Shown: positions 1 through 13,960 of the stretch, piece after piece
How positions within the stretch are numbered: position 1 is the first letter of the stretch
Layout of the letters: the number at the start of each line of letters is the position of its first letter
Assembly (NCBI GenBank): GCA_030390025.1
Contig: CM059432.1
Span: 45,386,001 to 45,450,000, forward strand
Source: Squalus acanthias
Lineage: Eukaryota
DNA: 64,000 nt
Reading direction: 5' to 3'
Program-made: the position numbers and the translations under genes
Notes under the pieces: model-generated
The model's input: only the letters and a program-made list of their open reading frames with translations
What the model was told of the DNA's origin: nothing
The model's database searches: none

Positions 1-480
1 AGATCCCTTTGCTCCTCTACCCCATTTAGACTATTATCCAAGCAGTATGTGGCTTCTTTATTCTTCCTACCAAAATGCACCATCTCACACTTATCTATAT
101 CAAAAATCATTTGCCAATTACATGCCCATTCTGTAAGTTTATTAATCTCTTGTATTTTGTCACATTCTTCCTTTGTACTAACTACACCCCCAAATTGGTG
201 TCTTCCACAAATTTTGAAATTGTACTTCTGATTCCCAAGTCTAATTCGTTAATGTAAATTGTGAACAACAGTGGTCTAAGCACCGATCCCTATGGAACAC
301 CACTTCCCACCTTTTGCCAGTCTGAGTAGCTACCCTTAACCCCTACTCGCTGTTTTGTTTTGTAGCCAGCTTGCTGTCCATTTTGCTACCTGTCCCTTGA
401 CTCCCCTGACCTTAGTCATGGGTCTACTATGCGGTACCTTATCGAAGGCCTTTTGAAATTCCAAATATATTATATCTACT
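1..480 (-). mobile_element. CR1-type LINE ORF2 (RT region) fragment, decayed
   Basis: The minus strand resembles the RT segment of the other CR1 copies in the window (FQKAFDKVPH, GSVL.PLLFTIY.N, ISKF..DT.LGG), with deletions. Confidence 0.75.
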
Positions 481-584
481 GTTATGTTCAAGTTTATTCA
501 GTTGTATAGTACTGGTACTGTGCTATTTATGTTGCTTTCTGTCTTAAGCAATATGTTATGTTAGCGGAGAAAATAAAATTCTGT

Positions 585-758
585 GTGGGGGTGAAACTGG
601 TCTTCGTCAGTAGGGGCTGATACCAAATCGGCAGCCCATTTTACACTGCACTCGACCATTAACTTCAATGGAAAAGAAAATCATGTGCGGTGAACAACGG
701 AATGCCGATTCAGCATCGACAGTTTTGCACTACTGGTGAAATCTAATTTCACCCCCAC
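585..758. mobile_element. Short MITE with terminal inverted repeats
   Basis: gtgggggtgaaa (585-596) is the exact reverse complement of tttcacccccac (747-758). The interior (caatggaaaagaaaatc) resembles the element at about 44578-44777. Confidence 0.6.
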
Positions 759-3330
759 TGTTTCTCAAAAAGAGTGGAGGCCCGCATGGAGTGTGAATCT
801 CTAAGGGGGGGCTCAGAAAAAGAAAGTTTGGGAACCTCTGGTCTAGAGCATGTACCACCTCACCAAAAAAGTTCAGTGCATATCAGAAAAACACTGGCAA
901 AGAGGATATCTATGTTCTCAACCATAAAACGGCCTTTACAAGTTCTTTGCTCCATTTTCACTAAGATTTGCAGACTGCACAGCTGGATGTACAAATTATT
1001 CGTGATTAGTACCACTGAACTGACAGTTGAAGTGCTGGAGAAGTGTGAGAAGAGCATTATCACAGGTGTGTTCTGTTGCTCACTATTCTGATGACATATT
1101 TAGAGTTAATATAAACCAAATTACTCAGACTCACCAGGGATAGACACAGTTGCCAAAAGCATTCCTCAGGTTTGTAAGGTCCTTACGTGAGCAGCAAACA
1201 ACTTTATTTTTTGTTTGTTTTGTGATCTAATATAGAATTCATATCTTAATGATGACAGATATTAAATACAAAATAGGGGGCAATCCACTGTACATCACTT
1301 TATAGGGTAAATTTTGGTCAGGCTCCACGCCACAAAGTTTACCCTTACTTGATTTCTGGGACAAATTTTCTAATCCGTATTAAAGCATTACCTGTGGTGT
1401 GACCTGTCGACCTACTTACTGCCATTTAAAAATGTTACTATTACACATCGGGCAATACTATGCTACTCTGTCCTGTATGTGACCTAATCTGGAATAGAAA
1501 TTGCTATTTTTTTTGTGAACTTTGCATTCTTGAAAGTAAGATTCCAGAGCAAGAACTAGCACAGATAGTTTGTAGGGTAAAATTCACTTTAAACTTCTCT
1601 TACAGTCTACAAGAAAGTCCAATCTCAGAAGACTGTGCACTCACATCTCCTCTAATGGCTTCTTCTTTCTCCAATTATCTATATATACGACTCCTTGATG
1701 ACATCATCTGCAAGCATGATGTCAGTTTTCACATGTATGCCGAGTATACCCAACTCAACTTATCTGCCACCCCCAAAGCTGTTGACGTTCTATCTGATTG
1801 CCTGTTCCAGTAGGATGAACCACGTTCCCTCCACCTCATTGTTGGCTGCGATTAGAGTATACAAGTCCGGTAGGGGAGCTAGTACCAGTATAGGCATGAT
1901 GACCTACCTCTGTACCCAAATTTCTGAGATTCTTTTGTAGGCAAATTGTTGCAAAATATCATTCACTATTTTTAGGGAAATAGTCATTACAAATCAGAAG
2001 GAAATGAATTTTTTTTAATTGTATACAATTACAGATTATTTTTATCATGTAATGTTGTTAAATCTTGTGGATTTATAGTGAGGTTAATGTTTTCCTCAAA
2101 ATGTCTTACAGATTACTTTTACCTAAACTAGATAACACTGGTAAGAACTATCACCATTAAGAGATGGGGGGAAAAAAACACCAAAAAAACCCAGCTTGAA
2201 AAGCACTAAAGTCAGCATGGATTGAACGAATAATTTTAAAATCACATGATCAGTAAAAATGTGAAGAGTAGAATAAAAATAAATTGAAAAATAAACAGAA
2301 TTATATTTTAATAGATTAAATACAATCTCAACATCATTGCTCTATTTAGGTCTGTTAAAGTATTGAGCAATTAGTATATTTATGGATAATGGCAGTACTC
2401 TGTTCAATTTATAGTACAGTTTAAGCTTTTAACTACTGAAGGAAGATTTCAAGAACAAACATGGATTTAAAGGAACATCTAATGCTACTCAGCCTAGACT
2501 GTGTTATATGCAAATATTCACATTTGATAGTAGGGAAAAGTAGTTGTTTAGGTATCAGTCTGACAATTTTATATATACGTTCAATACGATGTGTGTAGAC
2601 CCAAGCTTGAAAGCATTACAAATCTTCCTAGGCCCTCTGCCCCCCCCCTCCCCTCCATTCCCCAAGCACCATACACCTGATAATCAACCTTTATCAAATA
2701 AAAATAAATGGAAAACTATTGCGATTCCCTGCTATGAATGCTCATCTTCAGTTGATAATATGCTGAAGCACTGCATATTGTAAGATACTGAAGAATAGAA
2801 CAAATGCAGCTAATTGGCAGAAATTAAATGACAGACTATGGAATCTGCAAAGGATATTCAGAATTGGTACTTAAAGGGTTATGTCTCCTGGTGTCTTTCC
2901 TATAGATTTGTTTGCATGTCTCAATTTCTCCTGCTGGACATGGTGTACCAGGTGTAAACGATGTAGTATGCTCAAATCAACATTCTGTGGTACAAATCTG
3001 GTCAACTGCGCTCACAAACAAAGCAAATCAGCATCCATGTGACTAAGTGACTTGGGATTTCTTAAGTTAGATACAGGGGTAGCAAACAGTCAAATAGAAT
3101 AAGTAGTATAAGCATATCGGGTCATTGAGACAGAAATGACTACAAAAGGAATTTAAATTCCAAACTATCATCAATTAACTTCTTTATCTGTGAGTTGTAG
3201 TCCTATAATATGAAAAACCCTCAATTTCCCAATGCAACATTTTGTTTTTAAAATTCTGACTTCATTTAAACTTTCTGAACAGGATAAATGTTTGATTCAT
3301 TTTAGGAAACTTTCATTTTTATTTTTTAAG

Positions 3331-3386
3331 CTCAAAATGTTCGATTCAAATAATGATGGAAAGCTGGGACTGGGTGAAATGGCAAG
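3331..3386 (+). CDS. CALB1: Calbindin 1 internal coding exon (LKMFDSNNDGKLGLGEMAR)
   Basis: 56-bp exon bounded by AG/GT, with an EF-hand loop DSNNDGKLG. Sequence and exon size match vertebrate CALB1, and it lies next to DECR1. Confidence 0.93.
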
Positions 3387-3485
3387 GTATTTCATTTTGA
3401 ATACAATTCATTTTTTAAAGCAACAAAATTATTTATGTAATATAAATACATAAACTACATATATGCAAAATTCATTTTTGAATAG

Positions 3486-3525
3486 GTTACTTCCTGACAA
3501 AGAAAATTTTCTCCTCAACTTTCAG
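3486..3525 (+). CDS. CALB1: Calbindin 1 internal coding exon (LLPDKENFLLNFQ)
   Basis: 40-bp exon bounded by AG/GT, phase-compatible with the previous exon. Homologous to LLPVQENFLLKFQ. Confidence 0.92.
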
Positions 3526-4313
3526 GTAGGTGTCATTTGACAGTTTAAAAATAAATTCCATCCAACCATGTATAGGGATAAAAGGGGTTCTGTATATTTT
3601 AGCAACTGGGACTATTATACATTTGATTTGTAGAATGGAGTGCACATGTACCCTCAGCCTCACAAAAGACACACAACGCTGCAGAAATTCTTGCATATGC
3701 ATGCACTTTCTGAAACTCTCATTTTCTATAACTGTTGTGCTTATTTCCATCACACTTTCCTGCCATGCCAGAATTTACTTATCATTTTGCTTTTGTTGGA
3801 GACCTGTAGCTTCTATCGCCAGGGTAGATGGCAGTGTGCTGCTATTTACAAGTCATCCTGACACACACTTCCACATTCGGTGCTACTGCGCTATCCCACC
3901 TGAAGCTTACTCAATATCAGTCTCTTGGGTGATCTCGGGCAGGTGTCAGAGTTCCACTTTGAGCGGTAACTGGCTATAAGTGCTTTTTATTCCTATGCTA
4001 CATTACATGTTACAGAAAGCCAATTTTTATTTTAACTGGACCCATGCCGAGCACTCGTTCCTCCTCCTTCTCACTTTTGCCACCTCATTATCCTGGTCTC
4101 CCTTAAATAGCACTTCAGCACTATCCACTTCACTGGTTTTTACGACATCTCGGATTTCTCCATAATCTCCGACTCACCATGAGCAATGTCATAGAAGGTC
4201 CACTCATATATATATTTGTAGATGCCTTAAATGCTCTAGTAATCAGTTGTAAGTTACAGAACAATCATTTATTACAACATTCAGTCAATGAGAATTTTTT
4301 TTCCATTTTACAG

Positions 4314-4367
4314 GGGGTGAATATGTCTGCAAAAGAATTTAATGATATCTTTGACTATTATGATCAG
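4314..4367 (+). CDS. CALB1: Calbindin 1 internal coding exon (GVNMSAKEFNDIFDYYDQ)
   Basis: 54-bp exon bounded by cag/gta. Homologous to GIKMCGKEFNKAFELYDQ. Confidence 0.92.
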
Positions 4368-5751
4368 GTACGTTTTCTAAAATCTAATTTATTAGCTTTT
4401 AATTACCTACATATATCACCAGGGGCATGTTGCTACAAGAGAATCAGTGTAAGGTCTTCACTTGGTTTCAGTATCTTAAAGGGGAAAGTTGTCATTTATG
4501 GATGAAAAGAACTCAGGAGAACTCAGTGTCATTTAATTATTATGCAAGGGACAATGAGATTTCACAATTAAATAGTTTCTAATGTGAAGAACATTATCAC
4601 GATGCAGAAAAAATGTTGTTCTGTAGCACATTTCAGAGGAGGAACTCTCCTTTGCAAAATCAGGTGGGATTGCAATGGAGAATGAAGGAAAATTCAGGTG
4701 GTGAGGCTCCTGCCGCTGATCAGGATTTCCCTTCCCTGCTCACTGCAGTGGCAACTGACTGCTCCTTCCGCACATGCTGCATTCAGGAAGAGGCATGGCT
4801 CAGATCCCTGGTGAATTTACCTCCTGTCTGCCCCACATACTGTCGCTTCCTGGTGCCACCATGTGGAAGGTGGCAGTAGGCCGCATAAAGCCCCGAGTTC
4901 TCATAATGGAGAGAGATGGCCTGTAGAAGCCTTCTCTCCCTTTAAGTTGGGCCCAGCACTTTACTGCTTAAGGCCTTAGTCTTGCCCGAGGCGAAGGCTT
5001 TCAGTGGAAGTCTAGCTGCCATCTTCAGGGTGCTTCGGCCCTGTTATGGTCTGGTTGGGCCGAATGGCCTGTTTCTGTGCCATGTATCCTATGTAATCCT
5101 ATGAAATGGTCACTTGCCACCTCTGCTGGTGCTGCAGTAGAATTCCTGCTGCATTCCGGATGTCCTGCCCTCACACTGGCGGGCTCCCTCTTGACAGAGG
5201 GTGTCCCATCGTGGAACCCACCATGCATACGGAATGAAACCCCAAACCAGGACAATAGTTCAGGGTTGGGGTGGTTATGGATGAGTAGGTGGAGGTCCCA
5301 CCCTGCCGGAACTTTGCTCTAAAAGGGAGGGTTCCTCTCCCGAGTATCTCAAAACTTGGCAAACAAATTATTGGAGAAAACAATCCCCATTAATTATTAA
5401 GATTATTAACATTAATAATTAATTCTGATTAAGTATGTACTCTGCAACATGACAGCAGGAACACTTACTTCACAATCCAGTGGTTACAGGTTTAAGTTCC
5501 AGTGCTAAACTGATACTCAGGCCTGCTAGCCTAATTATCATGAGTTTTATGACCCTGTCAGTCAGGATCCCTGAAGTGGAGAGCATTGAAAGGCATTATC
5601 CATCCCAACTAATTACAAATACAGTTCTTGGCATCTACTCAATAATGATCAAAAACACTGCAATTCAGATAGGAGGTAAGTAATTTTGAGGAAGAATTGT
5701 TCTGGTCACTATGTGTGGGAAAATCATGTTTGTTTGAATGTATTTATATTA

Positions 5752-6396
5752 GGCTGGAATTTGGTGTAAAAAAAATTGCATGAACAACGTGCAATATTAT
5801 TAATGTGTAAATCGGCCAGCAACTTGTAGCGAGGAAGATAACCCATAAATTGTGAATCTCCACAAGTTACTGAACGATTTGCACCGCTCCACCGTTAGCC
5901 TTGCAAAAACAGCATCTCATACTTAACCTCCCTGTGAGTTTCATGAAGATGCTTAATTTGCACACTGATTGCCCATTAAACTCACCACAGAAAGTTATGT
6001 CCAGTAATTAATAATGTAAGCAGGCTTTCAATGACATGATAACTGTTAATGACTGCCAATCAACCTCTCTGAAAGTGAACAATAGTGTGGAGTCTCATTC
6101 CTTCAGGTTGTGAATTGATCTAGATTTTTAAAATGTCAAATTTTAAATTAATTCACCTTCCTTCTCAGTCCTTCCTCTGTTCATTTCTCAAACCTTAAAT
6201 CTCATTGTTTAAGGAGATACACTGTTGGTCCTGTCGTTCACCAAGGTCCCAGATAGCCTGTTGCCCTCGCTGCTCCATTATCAACTCGCACATTCAGCAA
6301 CTTACAGGGCAAAAAGTCTTCGAGCTGCAGGGTTCAGGAAAAAGTCTAACTAACCAGGCACGGCACGAGATGCCATGCTCCAGCAAATTCTGTGCC
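5752..6396. mobile_element. Degraded Harbinger-like MITE related to the 35302 and 43440 family
   Basis: Shares blocks such as caacctctct, gtggagtctcattccttcag and gttaaggagat with those copies. Ends are degenerate. Confidence 0.55.
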
Positions 6397-6530
6397 AATG
6401 TCACTGCACATAATGACCAGAGCATAAGGAGGGAACCTCTTCTGTAGAACAGTACTTAGAAATATGAAATATATTCTTCAAAACACTCGGCTCTGAAATT
6501 ACCTGAGGAACTAACATATGAACATTTGAT

Positions 6531-9500
6531 GGACTGGATATTGCAGTAGAAATATGTGGAAGTCAGACAGCAACTTCCGCCGACCACACATGCGCTGTTA
6601 AATGCGGAAATCAGGAATTTGCTGTCAGAGATGCCCTGCTCCTCCAAAAGCTGCACGAAAATGGTATCTCGCCAAGAGACTCACCATTGAATTACATTGA
6701 ACGGCGTGAAGTTGCTGTACTTTCCGGATTATTTCGCAACTAAACTCGCCAAAAAAAGTTAGGGCTTGCCCATTCAGTTTAAGTACCTTTTATCGGCATG
6801 GTAAGTCTTAATTACTGCCAAACAACCTCTCTGGCACTGAAAATTAACTTTTCCAAATGTGGAGTCTTATTCCTTCAGATTTTAATTATTGTTGGAGATT
6901 TAAAAAAAATTAAATATTCTTTTTTTTATTTTCTCTGTCTCTTATTTCTCTTTCTTAATTGAATCTTTCTTTCCCTCTCTTTATTTCGCTTTCTGTATCT
7001 GATTTGACATTGAATTAAATATTCTAACTGACACTTACTTCCTGGTTCAAATTCTGCACTGCTCATTACGATTCTTCAATCTGATTGGTTAAGGAGATGC
7101 ACTGCTGCTTGCAGGTCCCAGATGCTCTGTACAGGGCGCTGCCTTTTTGGATATTTGGCTGACAGGAACTTCAAGAGTTAAAGCCTATAGAATGTTCAAA
7201 TGTTCTCGCGGCTGGAGAAGAACTTGGAGTGGGAGGGGGAGGATTCAGTTATCGTGGTCCATGTAGGAACCAACGACATAGGTAGAACTAAGAATGAGGT
7301 CCTGCTGAGGGAGTTTGAGGAGCTAGGGTCTAAATTAATCAGCAGAATCTCAAGGGTAATAATCTCTGGATTACTACCAGAGCCACGCGCAAATTGGCAT
7401 TGGGTCAAGCAGATCAGAGAGTTAAATGCGTGGCTCAAAGAGAGGTGTGGGAAGAGGGGTTTCAATTCATGGGGCACTGGCACCAGTACTGAGGAAAGAG
7501 GGAGCTGTTCCATCGGGACGAGCTCCACTTAAACCGGGCTGGGACCAGCGTCCTGGCGAATCGAATAACTGGGGCTGTAGATAGGGCTTTAAACTAAAAA
7601 AAGGGGGGGAAATTTAGAAATCTGAAGAGAAAGGTCAAGGCAATAGAGCAGTGTAGCGATTTGGGTAAAAATAAGCAGAGTGTGACAGGAAGGGACAGAG
7701 TTTAATGGTAGCAGTGCAGCAGAGAATAAGGTCAAAGCAGGGAATAATGGTAAAAAAAATTAAATTAAAGGCTCTTTACGAAGCATTTGTAACAAGATAG
7801 ACGAACTAGTGGCACAAATAGAGATAAATGGGTTTGATCTATTAGCCATTACAGAGATGTGGTTGCAAGGTGACCAAGGTTATGAACTAAATGTTCCAGG
7901 GTAATTGACGTTTCGAAAAGACAGGCAGAATGGAAAAGGAGGGGGAGTAGCCCTGATAATAAAGGATGACATAAGGACAGTAGAGAGAAAGGATCTCGAC
8001 TCGGAAGATCAGGAAGTAGAATCAATATGGGTGGAGATAAGGAATAACAAGGGGCAGAAAACACTGGTAGGCGTAGTATATAGGCCCCCTAACAGTAGCT
8101 ATACCGTTGGACAGAATATTAATCAAGAAATAGTAGGAGCTTGTAACAAAGGTAATGCAATAATCGTGGGGGACTTTAACCTTCATATAGACTGGACAAA
8201 TTAAATTGGCAAAGGTAGTCTGGAGGATGAGTTCATGGAATGCATTCGGGACAGTTTCCTAGAACAATACGTCATGGAACCAACCAGGGAACAAGCTATT
8301 TTAGATCTTGTATTGTGTAATGAGACAGGGTTAATTAGCAATCTCATAGGAAAGGATCCTCTGGGGCAGAGTGATCATAATATGATAGAATTTCACGTTA
8401 AGTTTGAGAGTGACTTGCCTAAGTCCAAAACTAGAGTCTTAAACTTAAATAAAACCAATTGCATAGGTATGAGGGGCGAGTTGGCTAAGGTAGGTTGGAA
8501 AAATAGATTAAAAGGTATGGCGGTAGATAGGCAGTGGCTAGCATTTAAAGAGATAATTCATAATTCTCAACAAAAATACATTCCATTAAGAAACAAAAAC
8601 TCCACAGGAAAAGTGATCCAACCGTGGCTAACTAAAGATGCTAAGGATAGCATTAGATTGAAAGAAGAAGCTTATAATGTTGTGAAGAATAGTCGTAAGC
8701 CTGAGGATTGGGAGAGTTTCAGAAACCAGCAAAGGTTGACCAAAAAATTGATAAAAAGGGAAAAAATAGAATATGAAAGAAAACTAGCAAGAAATATAAA
8801 AGCAGATTGTAAGAGCTTCTACAAGTATGTAAAAAGGAAGAGAGTAGCAAAAGTAAACGTTGCTCCCTTAGAGGCTGAGACAGGAGAAATTATTATGGGG
8901 AATAAGGAAATGGCAGAAACGTTAAACAAATATTTTGTATCTGTCTTCACAGTAGAAGACACAAAAAGCATAACAAAAATGGTGGGGAACCAAGGGTCTA
9001 ATGAGGGTGAGGAACTTAACGTAATTAATATAAGTAGAGAAAAAGTACTAGAGAAGCTAATTGGGCTAAAAGCCGACAAATCCCCTGGACCTGACGGCCT
9101 ACGTCCTAGGGTCCTAAAAGAGGTGACTGAAGAGATAGTGGATGCATTGGTTTTGATCTTCCAAAATTCCCTAGATTCTAAAACGGTCCCAGCGGATTGG
9201 AAGGTCGCTAATGTAACACCGCTATTCAAGAAAGGAGGGAGAGAGAAAACAGGGAACCAGAGGCCAGTTAGCCTGACATCAGTCATCGGGAAAATGCTGG
9301 AATCCATTGTTAAGGAAGTGGTATCAGGGCACTTAGAAAATCATAACATGATTAGGCAGAGTCATGGTTTTATGAAAGGGAAATCGTGTTTGACAAATTT
9401 ATTAGAGTTTTTTGAGGATGTAACTAGCAGGGTAGATAAAGGGGAACCAGTGGATGCAGTATATTTGGATTTCCAAAAGGCATTCGATAAGGTGCCACAT

Positions 9501-10719
9501 AAAAGGTTATTACACAAGATTAGGGCTCATGGGGTTGGGAGTAATATAGTAGCATGGATAGTAGAGGATTGGTTAACGGACAGAAAACAGAGAGTAGGGA
9601 TAAACGGATCTTTTTCAGGTTGGCAGGCTGTAACTAGTGGGGTGCTGCAAGGATCAGTGTTGGGGCCTCAGCTATTTACAATCTATATTAATGACCTAGA
9701 TGAAGGGACTGAGTGTAATGTATCCAAGTTTGCTGACGATACAAAGATAGGTGGGAAAGTAAGCTGTGAGGGGAACACAAAGAGTTTGCAAAGGGCTATA
9801 GATAGACTAAGTCAGTGGGCAGTAAGGTGGCAGATGGAGTATAATGTAGGGAAATGTGAGGTTATTCACTTTGATAGAAAGAATAGAACAGATTTTTTTT
9901 AAATGGGGAGAAACTTTCAAATGTTAGTGTTCAGAGAGATTTGGGTGTCCTCGTGCAAGAAACACAGAAAGCTAGCGCGCAGGTACAGCAAGCAATAAGG
10001 AAGGCAAATGGCATGTTGGCCTTTATTGCAAGGCGGTTGGAGTATAAGAGTAAGGAAGTTTTGCTACAATTGTACAGGGCCTTAGTGAGACCACACCTGG
10101 AGTACTGTGCACAGTTATGGTCTCCTTACCTAAGGAAGGATATACTTGCCTTGGAGGCGGTGCAACAAAGGTTCACTAGATTGATTCCTGGGATGAGAGG
10201 GCTGTCCTATGATGAGAAACTGTGTAGAATGGCCTATACTCTCTGGAGTTTAGAAGAATGAGAGGTGATCTCATTGAAACATGTAAGATTCTGAAGGGGA
10301 TTAACAGGGTAGATGCTGAGAGGTTTTTTCCCCTGGCTGGAGTGTCTGGAACTAGGGGGCATAGTCTCAAGATAAGGGGTAGGCCATTTAGACCGAGATG
10401 AGGAGGAATATCTTCACTCAGAGGGTTGTGAATCTTTGGAATTCTCTGCCCCAGAGGGCTGTGAATGCTGAGTCATTGAGTATATTCAAGGCTGAGATAG
10501 ATAGATTTTTGGACTCTAGGGGAATCAAGGGATATGGAGATTGGGCAGGAAAGTGGAGTTGAGGTCGATGATCAGCCATGATCTTATTGAATGGCGGAGC
10601 AGACTAGAGGGGCCGTATGGCCAACTCCTGCTGCTATTTCTTAAGTTCTTAGAAAGTCTCTGGGCAAGTGTAACGAACAGCTGGCACGTACGTTCGCTGC
10701 TGACCGCAAAATTCGGCCC
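6531..10719. mobile_element. Harbinger-like MITE split by a CR1 insertion (halves about 6531-7195 and 10650-10719)
   Basis: The two halves match opposite ends of the intact copies at 35302-36080 and 43440-44173. Confidence 0.7.
7196..10650 (+). mobile_element. CR1 LINE, 5'-truncated: ORF1 SGNH-esterase remnant, APE endonuclease, RT and 3' tail
   Basis: VVHVGTND (ORF1), YRPP and GDFN (APE), YLDFQKAFDKVPH and KFADDTK (RT). Disrupted by stops and frameshifts. Confidence 0.93.
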
Positions 10720-11315
10720 AAAGTATTTTCTTGCAATTCCTCTTTTTGCTATTTTAGTGGAGGCATTTAACGCAGGTCCTTTAACAGATTTACTAAAATA
10801 GCAGAGAATTTACTGGCCCAGAATTTCCTGGAGTCTTGCACCACTGGAATGGTGCATCTGTGGCATTCGGTTAATTTTACACCATGAAAGTCCCATAAAA
10901 GTATGGCGTAAGTGAGGGGCCAAATGTCCTGTTTTTGTACTGTAGCATTCTATGAGTCTGAGTACTGAAGACAGATACAGCAAGAACAAGGCAAAAAAAT
11001 GGTTTTAACTTCAGGAGCAGGGTCAGAAATATATATAATTGAACAAGTGATCTGGCTTTGAATATAGAGCACATAATATCAAAGTTTGCAGATAATACAA
11101 AAATAGTGAGCATGGTTAACAGTGAAGAATACTGAGTGACTTAAGGACAGACAGGTTAGTAGATTGTTAGTACTCTGCTCAACAATGTCAATGGCCTCAA
11201 CAGACTTGGTAGAGAAATTGCCAGATATAATATTGATATAGTTGCTCTCAATGAGACCCGGCTTAGTGACAACTCTCAGTTCGAGGCAGTCGGTGCTGGG
11301 TATACCTTTTTACTG

Positions 11316-12630
11316 CAACAACAACAACTTCTATTTCTATAGCACCTTTAACATAGTAAAACGTCACAAGGGGTTTCACAGGAGTATTATAGGACAAAGA
11401 TTTGACACCAGTAAGAAATTAGGGCAGATGACCAAAAGCTTGTTCAAAGAGGTAGGTTTTAAGGAGCATCTTAAAGGAGGAAAGAGAGGTAGAGAGGCAG
11501 AGAGGTTTAGGGAGGGAATTCCAGTGCTTAGGGCCTAGGCAACAGAAGGCACAGCCACCAATGGTTGAGTGATTATAATCAGGGATGCTCAAGAGGGCAG
11601 AGTTGGAGCAGCGCAGATATCTCAGGGGGTTGTGGGGTAGAGGGGGCGGCTGGGCTGGAGAAGATTACAGAGATAGGGAGGTGCGAGGCCATGGAGGGAT
11701 TTGAAAACAAGGATGAGAATTTTTAAATTGAGGCGTTGCTTAACCTGGAGCCAACGTAGGTCAGCGAGCACAGGGATGATGGGTGAACAGGACTTAGTGT
11801 GAGTTAGGACATGGGTAGCCGAGTTTTGAATGACCTCAAGTTTACGTAGGGTAGATCGTGGGAGGTCAACCAGGAGTGCGTTGGAATAGTCAAGTCTAGA
11901 GGTAACAAAGGCATGGATGAGGGTTTCAGCAGCAGATGAGCTGAGGCAGGGGCGGAGACTGGCAATGTTACAGAGGTGGAAATAGGCGGTCTTAGTTATG
12001 CCGCAGATATGTGGTCATAAGCTCATTTCAGGGTCAAATATGACACCAAGGTTGCAAACAGTGTGGTTCAGCCTCAGACAGATGTTAGGGAGAGGGATGG
12101 AATCTGGCTAAGGAATGGAGTTTGTGGCGGGGACAGAAAACAATGGCTTCGGTCTTCCCAATATTTAATTGGAGAAAATTTCTGCTCATCCAGTACGTCG
12201 GATAAGCAGTCTGACAATTTAAAGACTGCGGAGGGGTCGAGAGAAATGGTGGTGAGGTAGAGCTGGGTGTCGTTAGTGTACATGTGGAAACTGACACTGT
12301 GTTTTCGGATGATGTCGCCAAGGGGCAGCATGCAGATGAGAAATAGGGAGGGGGCGAAGGATAGATCCTTGGGGGACACCAGTGGTAATGATGCGGGAGC
12401 GGGAAGAGAAGCCATTGCAGGTGATTCTCTGGCTACAATTAGATAGATAAGAATGGAACCAGGCGACTGCATTCCCACCCAGCTGGACAACGGTGGAGAG
12501 GCATTGGAGGAGGACCGTGTCAAAGGCTGTAGACAGGTTGAGAAAGACGAGGAGGGATAGTTTACCTTTGTCAGTCACAAAGGATGTCATTTGTGACTTT
12601 GATGAGAGCCGTTTCGGTACTGTGGCAGGG
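11316..12630 (-). mobile_element. L2-clade LINE 3' portion
   Basis: GVPQGSIL and SFHMY..DTQLY on the minus strand, with a (ttg)n tail. Homologous to 40086-41265. Confidence 0.88.
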
Positions 12631-12769
12631 CAGCGGGAAGCCAGAAGTTCAACACTGCCTTTCTGGTGTAGGCTTCACTCTTCTCGGATTTAGCACACAA
12701 GCTACAAACCATACCAAAAGGCATCAACAAGAGGCTGATGATTATTCGGATCTCCCTCGGGCGACAGTG

Positions 12770-13093
12770 CTATTCCACCTACATTAGTGCCTACACACCA
12801 ACCAGGACCAACACCAGTGACGTCAAAAAGCAATTCTATGAAGATCTCATCATCATCATCATCAGATCAACACCAAGAAGTTAAAAACTAATAATGCTCA
12901 GAGGTTTCAACGCTCAGATCGGCTACGATCATACCTCATGGAAAAACGTAAATGAATGTCATTGATCTGGCAGCAAAAACTCCAATGGCCCTCTCCATGG
13001 AAAACCAGTTAGCCATCACCAATACCATGTTTCAACAAGTACAAGACCACCTGAATGCATTCTTGCTCTAGCCACTGGCACCTGATTGACTAT
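12770..13093 (+). mobile_element. RTE-like LINE endonuclease remnant
   Basis: Degenerate peptides SAYTPT, GFNAQIG.D, QLAITNTMFQ and HWHLIDY resemble RTE-clade APE domains. Confidence 0.55.
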
Positions 13094-13960
13094 GGCAGGG
13101 ATTTTGCGGTAAAAATAACGGTGAGGCTATTGGCGCTCACCATTACCCCTGTGCTTGCTGACCTCCATTGGCTCCTGGTTAAGCAACACCTCGATTTCAA
13201 AATTTTCATCCTTGTTTTCAAATCCTTTCATGGCCTCGCCCCTCCCTATCTCTGTAAGCTCCATCAGCCCCACAAACGCCCCCCCCTCCCCCCCTGACCC
13301 CGAGATATCTGCGCTCCTCAAATTCTGCCCGCTTGAGCATCCCTGATTATAATCGCTCAACCATCGGGTGCCATGCCTTCAGCTGCCGAGGCCCTAAGCT
13401 CTGGAACTCCCTCCCTAAACCTCTCTTTCCACCTTCAAGACGCTCCTTAAAACCTACCTCTTTGACCAAGCTTTTGGTCATCTGCCCTAATTTCTTATGT
13501 GGCTCGGTGTCAAATCTTTGTCTTATAATACTCCTGTGAAGCGCCTTGGGACGTTTTACTACATTAAAGGCACTATATGAATACAAGTTGTTGTTGTATT
13601 ATTATGGAGTAAATCGTACGGCAAATTCCGGCATCCACACATGCGCAGTTACATGCGGAAATCAGGAAGTTGTTGTCCGAGTAACCCCACCAGAAAAAGT
13701 TAGGGCTTGTCTATTCAAGTGGAAGTGGAATTTTTAACGGCGTGATAATTACTGCCAAACAACCTCTCTGGCACTGAAAATTAACTATTACAAGTCTCAT
13801 TCCTTCAGATTTTACTTATTGTTGGGAGATTTTTTTTTATTAAAAAAAACATTTGTTACTCTGTCTCTTATCTTTCTTTCGCTCTCTATATTTTGCTTTC
13901 TGTCCATTATTTGACATTGAATTTACTATTCTAACTTACAGTTCCTGGTTTAGACTCTGC
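13094..13960. mobile_element. Harbinger-like MITE with a nested L2 3' end (about 13145-13597, +)
   Basis: Begins ggcagggattttgcgg like the end of the 35302-36080 copy, and resumes after the L2 (ttg)n tail. Confidence 0.75.

Noticed and set aside
1302..1347. Small hairpin gggtaaatttt...aaagtttaccc
   Set aside because: It is too short and imperfect to assign, and is probably a collapsed MITE remnant.
481..3330. Additional upstream CALB1 exon
   Set aside because: I found no AG/GT-bounded segment encoding the expected FLKDLL-type helix, so earlier exons probably lie before the window.
8235..9902. 555-aa ORF (also 26572..27789 and 59571..60383) as host or domesticated genes
   Set aside because: These are CR1 ORF2 fragments bounded by stops and frameshifts, present in several copies in the window and ending in LINE 3' tails.
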